DNA of 64,000 nucleotides. Origin: Macrostomum hystrix. Taxonomy: Eukaryota; Animalia; Platyhelminthes. The notes under the pieces are model-generated. The model did not search any database. It worked only from the letters and a program-made list of their open reading frames with translations, and had not been told where the DNA came from. Location of the stretch: NCBI GenBank assembly GCA_950097015.1, contig CATNEN010000038.1, positions 26,288,001 to 26,352,000 of the forward strand, read 5' to 3'. Of this stretch, positions 14,187 to 27,559 are shown piece after piece. Position 1 is the stretch's first letter; each line of letters begins with the position of its first letter. The position numbers were made by a program, and so were the translations under genes.

Positions 14187-14428
14187 TAAAAACAAATATT
14201 TCAGAAACGACTTTGAAAATTTTCGTCTTTACTTCCATGGATTTCCTTCCAATTTCAATGAGGTGAATATAATTTAACACATATTTTGTTAGCATGTTGC
14301 AGTAAATTTTTAGACTACATGATAAAATTCTGTAAATTTCATTGCATTTTCTTATTTTAGAACAATGTCAAATGTCTGTTAGAGCAATTGGAATCCCATC
14401 GGATGTTCGCATAATCAGGCCGCTAACA

Positions 14429-14577
14429 GCAGCGACCTTCTTGCCGCCATGGACGTGTTCCAGCTGGTGGCCAAGTCAGAGGGTCTGGGACCACTTCAGA
14501 TGGGCGTCACCGGTGTCGACATGTTTGATTTGCTGCTCCAACCATTCCATGAGGCAGCCGCAGCAATAGCTCTGCAA
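14429..14577 (+). pseudogene. Second copy of the methyltransferase fragment (direct repeat of 311-459)
   Basis: About 150 nt near-identical to 311-459; has CAA where the first copy has TAG. Confidence 0.9.
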
Positions 14578-15569
14578 TGAGTTTTCTGATGTTGGTTACT
14601 CAAATGCCAATATCTGTAAAGTGACTGGTCACAGGCAGGTGAAAACAGTCAAGCAGTACCTGCAATTTGGAAGTCAATGCACATTCAAGATGTAGGCCAC
14701 GTGCAGCGCACTGCATACATTTCTACATAGAGCTAACTCATCCATAGGCAACACAAATCAAGTGGAGACAAATGTTAATTTTTGTTTCTCTATTTATACT
14801 GTTAATATACAATAGATTTAAAAAAAAGTTGAATATGTTTTTTGCTGCATGCATAAATGCATTGGCAACATTGCCATGCCAGTGTAATTATGTAGTGTGC
14901 ATTATGCAGGCCACTGACCAATTTGTACACCACTGCATGCCACTTCTGAAAATACACACAGGAAAATTCTTGTCTGCACTACATGATCCACACTATGGAT
15001 AGATATGGCATAGGCGTTATCTGCATGCTTAAGTGTTGTACAAGAAAAGTTTGTTTGAGACACTACAACCAACTATAGTCATCAAAACTATTGTGTCTTG
15101 AATGTTTTTGTACATATGATTGTTGGATTATGTTTATTCCAGTCTGGTCAGCTGGAAAGTCTAGGCAATCCTAGATTTATTGCATTGTGCTCCAACACTA
15201 AAACTTTTGTTGCTGATTCTTCAGGCCAGCTAGTGAGAGAGAATTGGCAGGTGATATCACTGTGAGGCTCCCTTTTTGTTCCGTTTTACATGGAGACTAA
15301 AGTTATGAGATTCTTGCCTTTTCAATTGATGGGTCTGTCTGTCTAAAAGCCCAGAGGGATTTTGATTTGCCAAAGGAAATCACAGGTCTTAGCTGTGACA
15401 GCAAGTGCCAGGCTCTCTACATTGCTCAGTGGAATTCATTTTCTGTGGCAGGTTTAATTGGCTGCAGTTTGAGGGTGATCGATGTAGGCAGCCAGCCAGA
15501 CTGTTTTTAGGACTGATTGCAAAACAAAACACCAGCAGATAAGCATAAATTTTGAGCATGGATTCATAT

Positions 15570-15669
15570 GGATAAAATTGAAATTATAAGCATAGGACCA
15601 CGTGGATAAAATTGAAATTATCAGCATAGGACCACGTAGATAAAATTGAAATTATCAGCATAGGACCAT
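15570..15669. repeat. 34-bp tandem repeat, about 3 copies
   Basis: GATAAAATTGAAATTATCAGCATAGGACCACGTG at 15571, 15605 and 15639. Confidence 0.85.
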
Positions 15670-17065
15670 GTGAATTAGCACTTCCTATGGGACACAGCTA
15701 GGCCCTGGAAGCATGGTTAATAAAAAATTATTAATTATATTAGTTGTCTATACAACTACGGGCAACATATTTAAGGAAAATATGAGTGAATAGAAAGCAC
15801 TGACGGTCATACTTACGTTAACAAATAGCTAATTTGACGATTTAATCTAAATTAATTAGAAACTTTATATTTACTATTTTGCTATAAAAATGCGCTGCGA
15901 CAAAAAAATTGCAATGCTTTTGACTGAGACTTCAAAATAAATTAAAGATTTAAGAATAGATCTATTATCTAGTAGTAGTATCAGTAGATAATTAACACAA
16001 GTAACCTAATCGGTTTAGGATAGCATAGTGTAGTGCGGCTGGAAATGTTCTTTTAAAATTGCGCTAAATATTTAATTGTTGCTATACAGTAACTATAGCG
16101 ATTGCAAATAACATTATTATGTTATTAATTTCTACTTTTATGACCCTTGAAAATAATGCAAATATTAATTATAAATTATTTTAATCGTTGTCTAATTAAA
16201 ATATAATCGCACCAGTTTGAAAAGCGCGCTGCAATCGATTGTAAGTGTAAGGCGCGGCGCGGCGTGTAAACTGAAGACGTTAAATTGCTGTAGTAAAACT
16301 GTTTAAATTCGCGGCCTTCAAACCCAGTTATACTACAATAGAATAGGATAGAATATTGGATAGGAATAAAACAACCGCAAAAACTGTAATTTAAAATTTA
16401 AATTTCAAGTCAATAAAGCGCTTGTCTGTAACTAAAAACTGTTAAAGCAATTTTAATTTTTGTGCAATAAAATGAGATTTTTTACTAATTCTACGTTTTG
16501 TTTTTAGCGTTTGTTTTGTTTTAACGTGTTTACGTAACATTTTATCGTCCGGGAGTTTAGTTTGCGTGAAGGAATTGGGACGTACCAAAATAAACACATA
16601 TGAACACAAAATGAAGCAACGTTTAATAAAAACAGAATGTATATGAATAAATTTCGAATTTAGATTGCAGAAAACAAAAAATATCAAATAATTCACAATT
16701 GGTTATGATCGATCGTGTAACCTTTCAATGGTCCCTAGCAATCGAAATTCATTACTAATTCATTTGTTGGCCGGAACTCGGGAGGGAGATAAGATACCAA
16801 ACTATTACCTTATTAATGTACGAAACACAGTCCCTCTTCCTCTATTTAGAATCTCAATCTTGTGCATCGGAACGCGCCAAATTTTTAAATTATGCATACT
16901 TACATACCTAGCTTCTACTTATTCATTCCTATATTTATAATTGTATACTTATTCTCTCTTGTATCTTCTAAATTACAGATTTTAGGTTCAACTGTTACGG
17001 TATAGAATAAATAAGAATGAAAGAACGATTAAGAACGATAAAGAACTTTTAAGTTGGGCTTTCTA

Positions 17066-17998
17066 CCAGCCAGTATAATAACATTTTTTCCCTTCACTTC
17101 TATCAAGTCCGTGTAGATTGTTGAGTAGCGCTGAATCCTCGCATGCGGAAGGTCCCTAGCTCGATTACCAATTACATTTGATTTTTGTAATTGACGAAAT
17201 AAAACTTATCACTTTTTGTCATTTATTCTTTTCATTCCTCCTTTCTATTGATCTGTCATCTATTTCATTTCTAAAATGCATATAATATGCCTGTGTTGTA
17301 TTATAGTTCTTGCCGTTGTAGCCAAAAAGATATAATTCATTATGCAAGAGTTTTCCATATACGAAATTCGTTCGCCACTGCTTCGAGTTCTTTCGAGTTC
17401 TAGGGACAAGTTTGGTTTCTTTTGAAAAATGGCTTTGTCATGTATGTATCTCATGTATCTCATTGAGCTACTTAGTCGAAGTTATTCTACACTACGCCGT
17501 AAAAATGGCTTCCCTATATGTTTGGAAATGTCTAGAAATGGCTAGTGTTATGGCCAGCCAGTATAATAATATTTTTTCCCTTCACTTGTATTAAGTCTGT
17601 GTAGATTGTTGAGTAGCGCTGAATCCTCGCATGCGGAAGGTCCCTAGCTCGATTACCAACCACTACTGATTTTTGTAATTGACGAAATAAAACTTTTTCA
17701 CTTTTTGTCATTTTTTCTTTTCATTCCTCCTTTCTATTAATCTGTCATCTATTTCATTTCTAAAATGCATATATGCCTGTGTTGTATATAGTTCTTGCCG
17801 TTCTAGCCAAAAAGCTATAATTCATTATGCAAGAGTTTTCCATATCGAGTTCTTTGAGTTCTAGGGACAAGGATTCTAGTTTGGTTTCTTTTGAAAAATG
17901 GCCTTGTCATGTATGTATCTCATGTATCTCATTGAGCTACTTAGTCGAAGTTATTCTACACTACGCCGTAAAAATGGCTTCCCTATATGTTTGGAAAT
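17066..17998. repeat. Tandem segmental duplication, period 488 bp
   Basis: CCAGCCAGTATAATA starts at 17066 and 17554; copies colinear to TTTGGAAAT with small indels. Confidence 0.92.
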
Positions 17999-18969
17999 AA
18001 GTTATTTATATAGTTTCTTACTACATGCACGTGGGTTAGGAATGCAATTCCCCCAAGGCCACCGCCAGTAAGGCTAGCCCCCCGTGGGTCCACGTGGAAT
18101 CACCCGGCTAGCCGAGTATTTTTTGACTAGTGGAAGTGTCGGCTAGCCGGCGGCCGTTAGATGGCGTACAGCTGCTGTTGGGGTTCGGAATGAAAAGGAA
18201 CTTCAGCTTGTTTTAACTCTAATGTACATTCACCCGCTCCCTGGATAGAATGACTGAGAGTAGCCAGTGTACACACTGAAATGTACACTCAAGATGTGAG
18301 TGTACATTCCCCTCCCCTCCCCTCCCTTCTCTTATTTAGATAGGGCTTATAAGCATTGGTAATATGCTGCCCAGGTCATACAAGCGTGCCGTCTAGAGGT
18401 AAAACCCAGATTCTCATCGTGTATCAATCAACAAAAAGCATTTAGTTAAAAGAATACATTCAATAAATTAGCTTCTTCTAAACTTATTCGGCAGAACAAC
18501 GATATCTCGGAATTCTATTTTCTTTCACAGTTTATGGACAGACAATCCCAATGAATCCAATGGATCTATCGGAGTTTGTTCAAGGTAAGCAATGAACTAT
18601 TGCCTAATTTCTTTGCTAGCTAGATGTATCACTAACTGTAAAAATCATTAAAATGTTTGACTCGAAGAAGCTAAAACGGGACTGTTAGGCAAGATCATTA
18701 CATGTTAGACACAGGATCTGTGACATGCTAGACTGTGAGTGGTTACTAAGTGACAAGATGCATAACCTGTTGGCTAGACAGGAAATAGCTTTAGAGAGTT
18801 TATTTTAGGTATTTAGCTAGCTGCGTGTCAATCTCAGTTTATAAGTGTAGCATTCATGATTTAAGCATTATTAGCTGTCCAAGCATTTACACCTACGCAC
18901 TTAGCTACGGCTAAAATGTCATTGTTAGTGTGGGCGTGCTTCCTAGCTTTCGAGTAGGTCCATAGGATA

Positions 18970-19765
18970 GATCGTGAGATTAGAGGGAGCTAGACCGTGA
19001 GATTAGAGTGAGATAGACCGTGAGATTAGAGTGAGATAGACCGTGAGATTAGAGTGAGATAGACCGTGAGATTAGAGGAAGTTAGACCGTGAGATTAGAG
19101 GGAGTGAGATTGTGAGATTAGAGGAAGTTAGACCGTGAGATTAGAGGGAGTGAGATTGTGAGATTAGAGGGAGTGAGATTGTGAGATTTGAGGGAGTGAG
19201 ACCGTGAGATTAGAGGGAGTGAGATTGTGAGATTAGAGGAAGTTAGACCGTGAGATTAGAGGGAGTGAGACCGTGAGATTAGAGGAAGTGAGACCGTGAG
19301 ATTAGAGGAAGTTAGACCGTGAGATTAGAGGGAGTGAGACCGTGAGATTAGAGGAGGTTAGACCGTGAGATTAGAGGAAGTTAGACCGTGAGATTAGAGG
19401 AAGTTAGACCGTGAGATAAGAGGGAGTGAGACCGTGAGATTCGAGGGAGTGAGATTGTGAGATTAGAGGAAGTTAGACCGTGAGATTAGAGGAAGTTAGA
19501 CCGTGAGATTAGAGGAAGTGAGACCGTGTGATTAGAGGGAGTGAGATTGTGAGATTAGAGGGAGTGAGATTGTGAGATTAGAGGGAGTGAGATTGTGAGA
19601 TTAGAGGGAGTGAGACCGTGAGATTAGAGGGAGTGAGATTGTGATATTAGAGGGAGTGAGATTGTGAGATTCGAGGGAGTGAGATTGTGAGATTAGAGGA
19701 AGTTAGACCGTGAGATTAGAGGGAGTGAGACCGTGTGATTAGGGGGATAGACCGTGAGAGATAAA
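18970..19765. repeat. 23-bp purine-rich minisatellite
   Basis: Unit GAGATTAGAGGGAGTGAGA(C/T)(C/T)GT with variants. Confidence 0.95.
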
Positions 19766-20378
19766 CAGGATTAGATGTAGACAGACCATGAGATTAGATT
19801 AAGCAAACTGCTGTGTTCTATTGTAGCAATTGTTATGCCCTAAAATGCATAGTCAAATTTTTTCTATTCTTGTTTCTTTGCTTCAAAGTGGAACTATCTA
19901 CTCGAGTACTTCGTATGAACTTGGACAAGTCAGTCCAATGTGTTATACCGCGCTAGGTATATATTTAGTTGTTATGTCACTCACTATACAGAATAGACTC
20001 ATTCTATTTTGCAAATTAGCCATGTGCTAGCTGAATTATGTAAAGTGGCTAAAAATAGGAACAAAGAATGAATGTGCATTTGCACAGCCTATGCTGTGCA
20101 AAGGCTGTGTTACGACAGGGTATGTCGTACACTCGCCTAACTATCTAGCATTAACATGGAACCAAGTTGCATTGACGCAGAAACCTAAGCTATTAGTCAT
20201 GCTAAGTTTTCTATATGCCACAAAGAAATTTCAAAAATCGTAGTTTTTTTTTGTCTTAAAATGATGAAATTTCAATGGCATATTTACAACTCACAATTTG
20301 TTAAAGTCTTCATAATTTAACGCCAAATTTAATCAAATGCGCATTATGACTTTACAGGACATAACAAAGGATACTATA

Positions 20379-23300
20379 ATGTCGGATTCTTCGCACACAC
20401 TGGTTGAAACGCTCAACTCCTGTCTAAAACTGCATTATCCGGAACAACTCGTTACACTTGCTGTGCTGCTGTACAAACGCTGCAGCGAGGAATACAAAGT
20501 TTACATCATCGGTAAGAATGAGGAACTGCTCTGCATTTTTGGGATTCTGGGGTAGGTTGGGAGATTGTTGGGATTCTGGAGTAGGTTGGGAGATTGTTGA
20601 GATTCTGGAGTAGGTTGGGAGATTGTTGGGATTCTGGGGTAGGTTGGGAGATTGTTGGGATTCTGGAGTAAGTTGGGAGATTGTTGGGATTCTGGAGTAG
20701 GTTGGGAGATTATTGGGATTCTGGAGTAGGTTGGGAGATTGTTGGGATTCTGGAGTAAGTTGGGAGATTGTTGGGATTCTGGAGTAGGTTGGGAGATTAT
20801 TGGGATTCTGGAGTAGGTTGGGAGATTGTTGGGATTCTGGAGTAAGTTGGGAGATTGTTGGGATTCTGGAGTAGGTTGGGAGATTATTGGGATTCTGGAG
20901 TAAGTTGGGAGATTGTTGGGATTCTAGAGTAGGTTAGGAGATTGTTGGGATTCTGGGGTAGGTTGGGAGATTGTTGGGATTCTGGAGTAGGTTGGGAGAT
21001 TATTGGGATTCTGGGGTAGGTTAGGAGATTGTTGGGATTCTGGAGTAGGTTGGGAGATTGTTGGGATTCTGGAGTAGGTTGGGAGATTGTTGGGATTCTA
21101 GGGTAGGTTGGGAGATTGTACGGATTCTGGAGTAGGTTGGGAGATTGTTGGGATTCTGGAGTAGGTTGGGAGATTGTTGGGATTCTGGAGTAGGTTGGGA
21201 GATTGTTGGGATTCTAGGGTAGGTTGGGAGATTGTTGGGATTCTGGAGTAGGTTGGGAGATTGTTGGGATTCTGGAGTAGGTTGGGAGATTGTTGGGATT
21301 CTGGAGTAGGTTGGGATTCTGGAGTAAGTTAGGAGATTGTTGGGATTCTGGGGTAGGTTAGAAGATTATTGGGATTCTGGAGTAGGTTGGGAGATTGTTG
21401 GGATTCTGGAGTAGGTTGGGAGATTGTTGGCATTCTAGGGTAGGTTGGGAGATCGTTGGGATTCTAGGGTAGGTTGGGAGATTGTTGGGATTCTAGGGTA
21501 GGTTGGGAGATTGTTGGGATTCTGGGGTAGGTTAGGAGATTATTGGGATTCTGGGGTAGGTTAGGAGATTATTGGGATTCTGGAGTAGGTTGGGATTCTG
21601 GAGTAGGTTGGGAGATTGTTGGAATTCTGGAGTAGGTTGGGATTCTGGAGTAGGTTGGGAGATTGTTGGGATTCTGGAGTAGGTTGGGAGATTGTTGGGA
21701 TTCTGGAGTAGGTTGGGAGATTGTTGGGATTCTGGAGTAGGTTGGGAGATTGTTGGGATTCTGGAGTAAGTTGGGAGATTGTTGGGATTCTGGAGTAGGT
21801 TGGGAGATTATTGGGATTCTGGAGTAGGTTGGGAGATTGTTGGGATTCTGGAGTAAGTTGGGAGATTGTTGGGATTCTGGAGTAGGTTGGGAGATTATTG
21901 GGATTCTGGAGTAAGTTGGGAGATTGTTGGGATTCTAGAGTAGGTTAGGAGATTGTTGGGATTCTGGGGTAGGTTGGGAGATTGTTGGGATTCTGGAGTA
22001 GGTTGGGAGATTATTGGGATTCTGGGGTAGGTTAGGAGATTGTTGGGATTCTGGAGTAGGTTGGGAGATTGTTGGGATTCTGGAGTAGGTTGGGAGATTG
22101 TTGGGATTCTAGGGTAGGTTGGGAGATTGTACGGATTCTGGAGTAGGTTGGGAGATTGTTGGGATTCTGGAGTAGGTTGGGAGATTATTGGGATTCTGGA
22201 GTAGGTTGGGAGATTGTTGGGATTCTGGAGTAAGTTGGGAGATTGTTGGGATTCTGGAGTAGGTTGGGAGATTATTGGGATTCTGGAGTAGGTTGGGAGA
22301 TTGTTGGGATTCTGGAGTAAGTTGGGAGATTGTTGGGATTCTGGAGTAGGTTGGGAGATTATTGGGATTCTGGAGTAAGTTGGGAGATTGTTGGGATTCT
22401 AGAGTAGGTTAGGAGATTGTTGGGATTCTGGGGTAGGTTGGGAGATTGTTGGGATTCTGGAGTAGGTTGGGAGATTATTGGGATTCTGGGGTAGGTTAGG
22501 AGATTGTTGGGATTCTGGAGTAGGTTGGGAGATTGTTGGGATTCTGGAGTAGGTTGGGAGATTGTTGGGATTCTAGGGTAGGTTGGGAGATTGTACGGAT
22601 TCTGGAGTAGGTTGGGAGATTGTTGGGATTCTGGAGTAGGTTGGGAGATTGTTGGGATTCTGGAGTAGGTTGGGAGATTGTTGGGATTCTAGGGTAGGTT
22701 GGGAGATTGTTGGGATTCTGGAGTAGGTTGGGAGATTGTTGGGATTCTGGAGTAGGTTGGGAGATTGTTGGGATTCTGGAGTAGGTTGGGATTCTGGAGT
22801 AAGTTAGGAGATTGTTGGGATTCTGGGGTAGGTTAGAAGATTATTGGGATTCTGGAGTAGGTTGGGAGATTGTTGGGATTCTGGAGTAGGTTGGGAGATT
22901 GTTGGCATTCTAGGGTAGGTTGGGAGATCGTTGGGATTCTAGGGTAGGTTGGGAGATTGTTGGGATTCTAGGGTAGGTTGGGAGATTGTTGGGATTCTGG
23001 GGTAGGTTAGGAGATTATTGGGATTCTGGGGTAGGTTAGGAGATTATTGGGATTCTGGAGTAGGTTGGGATTCTGGAGTAGGTTGGGAGATTGTTGGAAT
23101 TCTGGAGTAGGTTGGGATTCTGGAGTAGGTTGGGAGATTGTTGGGATTCTGGAGTAGGTTGGGAGATTGTTGGGATTCTGGAGTAGGTTGGGAGATTGTT
23201 GGGATTCTGGAGTAGGTTGGGAGATTGTTGGGATTCTGGAGTAAGTTGGGAGATTATTGGGATTCTGGAGTAGGTTGGGAGATTGTTGGGATTCTGGAGT

Positions 23301-24912
23301 AAGTTAGGAGATTGTTGGGATTCTGGAGTAGGTTGGGATTCTGGAGTAAGTTAGGAGATTGTTGGGATTCTGGGGTAGGTTAGAAGATTATTGGGATTCT
23401 GGGGTAGGTTAGGAGATTATTGGGATTCTGGAGTAGGTTGGGAGATTTTTGGGTTTCTGGAGTAGGTTGGGATTCTGGAGTAAGTTAGGAGATTGTTGGG
23501 ATTCTGGGGTAGGTTAGGAGATTATTGGGATTCTGGGGTAGGTTAGGAGATTATTGGGATTCTGGAGTAGGTTGGGAGATTGTTGGGATTCTGGAGTAGG
23601 TTGGGAGATTGTTGGGATTCTGGGGTAGATTGGGAGATTATTGGTATTCTGGAGTAGGTTGGGAAACTTGGGATTCTGGAGTAGGTTGTGAAACTGTTGG
23701 GATTCTGGAGTAAGTTAGGAGTTTGTTGGGATTCTGGGGTAGGTTAGGAGATTATTGGGATTCTGGAGTAGGTTGGGAGATTGTTGGGATTCTGGAGTAA
23801 GTTAGGAGATTGTTGGGATTCTGGAGTAGGTTGGGAGATTATTGGGATTCTGGGGTAGGTTGGGAGATGATTGGGATTCTGGGGTAGGTTGGGAGATGAT
23901 TGGGATTCTGGAGTAGGTTGGGAGATTATTGGGATTCTGGAGTAAGTTGTGAGATTGTTGGGATTCTGGAGTAGGTTGGGAAACTTGGGATTCTGGAGTA
24001 GGTTTTGAAACTGTTGGGATTCTGTAGTAAGTGGGGTTCTTGGGAAGGTTGGGAAAATGGTGGCAGAGGTCAAGGCCATAGAATCCAGGAGTGTTACAAG
24101 CAGAAGCCCGCCAACCCGCGACCATTGCAGGCTGCCTAGTGCTGACTCTGTCTGCCTCGGTCAAGCCGCAGTTCACACTGCTAGAGGATCGCAGGAAATC
24201 TCTGTTAGAATCGCAGCTCTACTCACCGGAGAAGGCTAACGAGCTGGCCGAGATTGGCCTGTATCTGGACGATCCGTGCAGGGCGCACCTGGAGCAGCAG
24301 GCTTCTCTGCAGCATCGGGAGCCTCGCCTGGTCTGTTTTCACTGTAGCTCCAAGATCCACTGGGCGTCGGGCAGTCTGGCCGCTCACCGTGACGCCAGCC
24401 CCGGCTGCTATTTCGTTCGCTTCTTTGACTTTGTGAGCTGTCTGGGCGAGGATCCCAGACTCACGGAGGGCGTCATTCGGGACATTGGTCGCTACATCAA
24501 GGCGTTGCGTAAGCTTAAGGCCGATCTAACAAGACCCGGTATGGACATTGCGGCCACCTACGGCTACAGCATGCGTCAATTGACTTTCTTTGCTACCAGA
24601 CATTTCATGAGAAATAGCGGCCGGATACCAGATCGGGCCGGCGATATCCTGGAATTGGTGCACACCAATGAGCCACTGTTTAACGATTTGGTGCCTAACA
24701 CTGTTGAAGTGCTGAAACTGTTGGAGCCTTTAAAACTGTTGCAAGCGGCGATGCCTAGCAGATCGGAGGGCGGCTACCACTCCGCCAGAGTTGGCCAGTA
24801 CGATCCTCGGTCGGGCACTCCTGAGTCCACTGCGCATAGTTTGACTAGCGAACAGTTGCAGGCTTATCTCAGACCGAATCCCAGCGGCGCTAGCAGCCTC
24901 AGCTCACCCTGA
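20379..24912 (+). CDS. Divergent BIR-domain (IAP-like) protein without a RING; exons 20379-20511 and 24131-24912
   Basis: Phase-1 donor G|GTAAG at 20511 joins acceptor CAG|GC at 24131 in frame. EDRRKS...ELAEIGLY...LVCFHC-x13-H-x6-C(YFV) fits the BIR CCHC pattern and is followed by a helical GYS-containing segment. A possible upstream exon lies near 18531-18585. Confidence 0.7.
20540..24055. repeat. 29-bp G-rich intronic minisatellite (about 3.5 kb)
   Basis: Unit GGGAGATTGTTGGGATTCTGGAGTAGGTT; fills almost the whole intron of the BIR gene. Confidence 0.98.
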
Positions 24913-25044
24913 GGCCCTGCTGTACCTTGCACAACCCCAACACTGCATTGCCCACACTCAGTGCTTGTTCAATTGTTCAGTTGATAAGCATATACTCTAA
25001 GCCGCTTCACATCTTATCCATCATTTACAGTACCTTAATCCTTA

Positions 25045-25682
25045 ATCCCACCCACTCCCCTTCTCATAATCCCATCCCACTCCGTACTCATAATCCCATC
25101 CCACTCCCCAACTCATAATCACATCCCACTCCCCAACTCATAATCGCATCCCACTCCCCCTCTCATAATCCCATCCCACTCCCCTTCTCATAATCGCATC
25201 CCACTCCCCTTCTCATAATCGCATCCCACTCCCCAACTCATAATCGCATCCCACTACCTAACTCATAATCGCATCCCACTACCCAACTCATAATCGCATC
25301 CCACTCCCCAACTCATAATCCCATCCCACTCCCTTTCTCATAATCGCATCCCACTCCCCAACTCATAATCCCATCCCACTCCCCAACTCATAATCCCATC
25401 CCACTCCCCAACTCATAATCGCATCCCACTCCCCAACTCATAATCCCATCCCACTCCCCTTCTCATAATCCCATCCCACTCCGTACTCATAATCGCATCC
25501 CACTACCCAACTCATAATCCCATCCCACTCCCCTTCTCATAATCGCATCCCACTCCCCAACTCATAATCCCATCCCACTCCCCTTCTCATAATCCCATCC
25601 CACTTCCCTTCTCATAATCCCATCCCACTCCCCTTCTCATAATCCCATCCCACTCCCCAACTCATAATCCCATCCCACTCCC
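25045..25682. repeat. 25-bp C-rich minisatellite
   Basis: Unit CTCATAATCCCATCCCACTCCCCAA, period 25. Confidence 0.95.
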
Positions 25683-26685
25683 TTACTCCTTACTCGTATA
25701 GACACGAGAACTTGGTGTTGTTTTATTGATTTGTTTGTTTGTTTCACAATTGTCCTCTGTTTACATATGAGAAACGGAAGTGCAAAGATAAAAAATTATT
25801 TTTGCAAAACAATCATTTTTATGGTGCCACATACAGGAGTAATTTGCTTATTTGCTTATAAACTATCGGAGGACGATAATGTTCAAAATCTCTTTAATTT
25901 GCACGTCGCGTCAAATAAATAGTATGTTGTGCAAAACTGCCATTCTGTTAGAAAACTGGAAGGAGAGTAAAACTGTTGTTGGAATCGATTGAAACGCGGA
26001 ACTCTATTTAAACTAATTTTGTAAGCAAATTCTCAGACGTTATAGCATCCACACAAGGAACTATAAATAACTAGTGGAACTTCCACCTACAGTACTTACT
26101 ATGCGTGTACAAATGCTCCAGTGCTTGCATGTACTTAGCTCGTATTAGTACATGCGCTTCTCTAAATTGTCCAGACATTGGTGAAGGACGTACACTGCAT
26201 CCACAACTAAAGACATTGGTTATTTACTGAGACTGTACGCATGCTGCAAGTACTAAAGCAACTTTCATTTAGTTCCCAGTTCCACATCGTAGAGCTTCGG
26301 AAACCCTATCCGACAAGCTAAAAGTTTTTGAACAGGGAAGTACTACGGCTCGTACAATTTTGTAAAAAGCAGCTGATTGCACTGAAGGATATTGGGGAGC
26401 CTTCCGCCCCGGTGTTATGCCAACCATTATCCTAGGCAGAAAAGTATTCGGCTGAATAACTTTAGATGCGCTATTTTATTCGGGCCCAGATTGAATACGG
26501 CACAACATTAGTCATGCCAAGCGCACTCCTAGGCTGATTTCTCTCTGGGGGTGTACAAAATTCTCGTCCGCGCATTCTCGTCCGCAAATCTGTTGACAAA
26601 GTTTTAAAGTCGACTTACAGTATGTACGATACGTATACAGCATATACGCCATTTTACATTCATTTGTTATGCAACACGTCTCCTA

Positions 26686-27470
26686 TACGAGGGTCAGTCA
26701 AAAAGTAATGATAATACTGTTGTAATTCCTAAAATATATGGTGCATCGAAGTGAAACTGGTTTCATTTGAAAAATAGTCTTTTCTTCTTTATGTAATAGA
26801 ATTTTGGTCACTCTAGAATGATATATGTCTGCTTGGTGAAGCTCTAAACACAGTATACCCCCTTCAGCCATGGAAAATTCAAAAATCGAAGCTCGCATCA
26901 ATGCAAAGTTTCTAGTGAAACTTGGCTGGAAGCCAGCCGACATTATCGAGGCCTTCAAGAAGGTCTATGGTGATACTGCGCCATCTGATCCGACGCTTTA
27001 CCGCTGGATTCAAGCATTTAAGGAAGGCCGAGAATCCGTGGAAGATGCCCAGCGGTCTGGCAGGCCAACGACATCGAGCACAGAGGACAATGTGGCGGCT
27101 GTGCAGCAGCTGATTGATCAGGATCGCCGTGTGACTATCGATGAGATAGCTGAGGTAGTGGGTATCTCTCACGGCAGTGCCCACTCGATTGTCACCATCA
27201 GCCTTGGTCTGAGCAAGCTGAGTGCCCGCTGGGTACCGCGGCTGTTGCGGCCTGAACACCGGGTTCAGCGCACTGAATGTGCCATCAGCCTGCTGAACCG
27301 CCTGGACGCCAACTCCGAAGACTTCTACCAGCGATTGGTGACCGGCGATGAAACGTGGATATATCAGTACGATCCCGAGTCCAAAGTCCAGTCTAAGGAG
27401 TGGCTGCCACGTGGTTCAGCGGGTCCCAAGAAGTTCCGTGCCGAGCGGTCAGCAGCGAAGGTCTTGGCTC
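26686..27470 (+). mobile_element. Mariner transposon, 5' half (left TIR, HTH and first catalytic Asp), 3'-truncated
   Basis: TA+CGAGGGTCAGTCAAAAAGT left end; ORF 26870 with HTH, RSGRP, WVPRLL and VTGDETW; homology stops at KVLA. Confidence 0.92.
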
Positions 27471-27559
27471 CTTCAGACTTAAAATTCACTCGGTGTAGTC
27501 AGACTTCAGACTCGTAAATAAACAACAAGTCTGACTACACCGACTGCACTGAACCTTGC

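Noticed and set aside
18050-18160. GC-rich palindromes (CGGCTAGCCG twice) as Helitron end or ncRNA
   Set aside because: No matching 5' end, second copy or other supporting motif in the window.
23744-24176. ORFs with NLLQNP/PTPES repeats
   Set aside because: Translations of the 29-bp minisatellite on the antisense strand.
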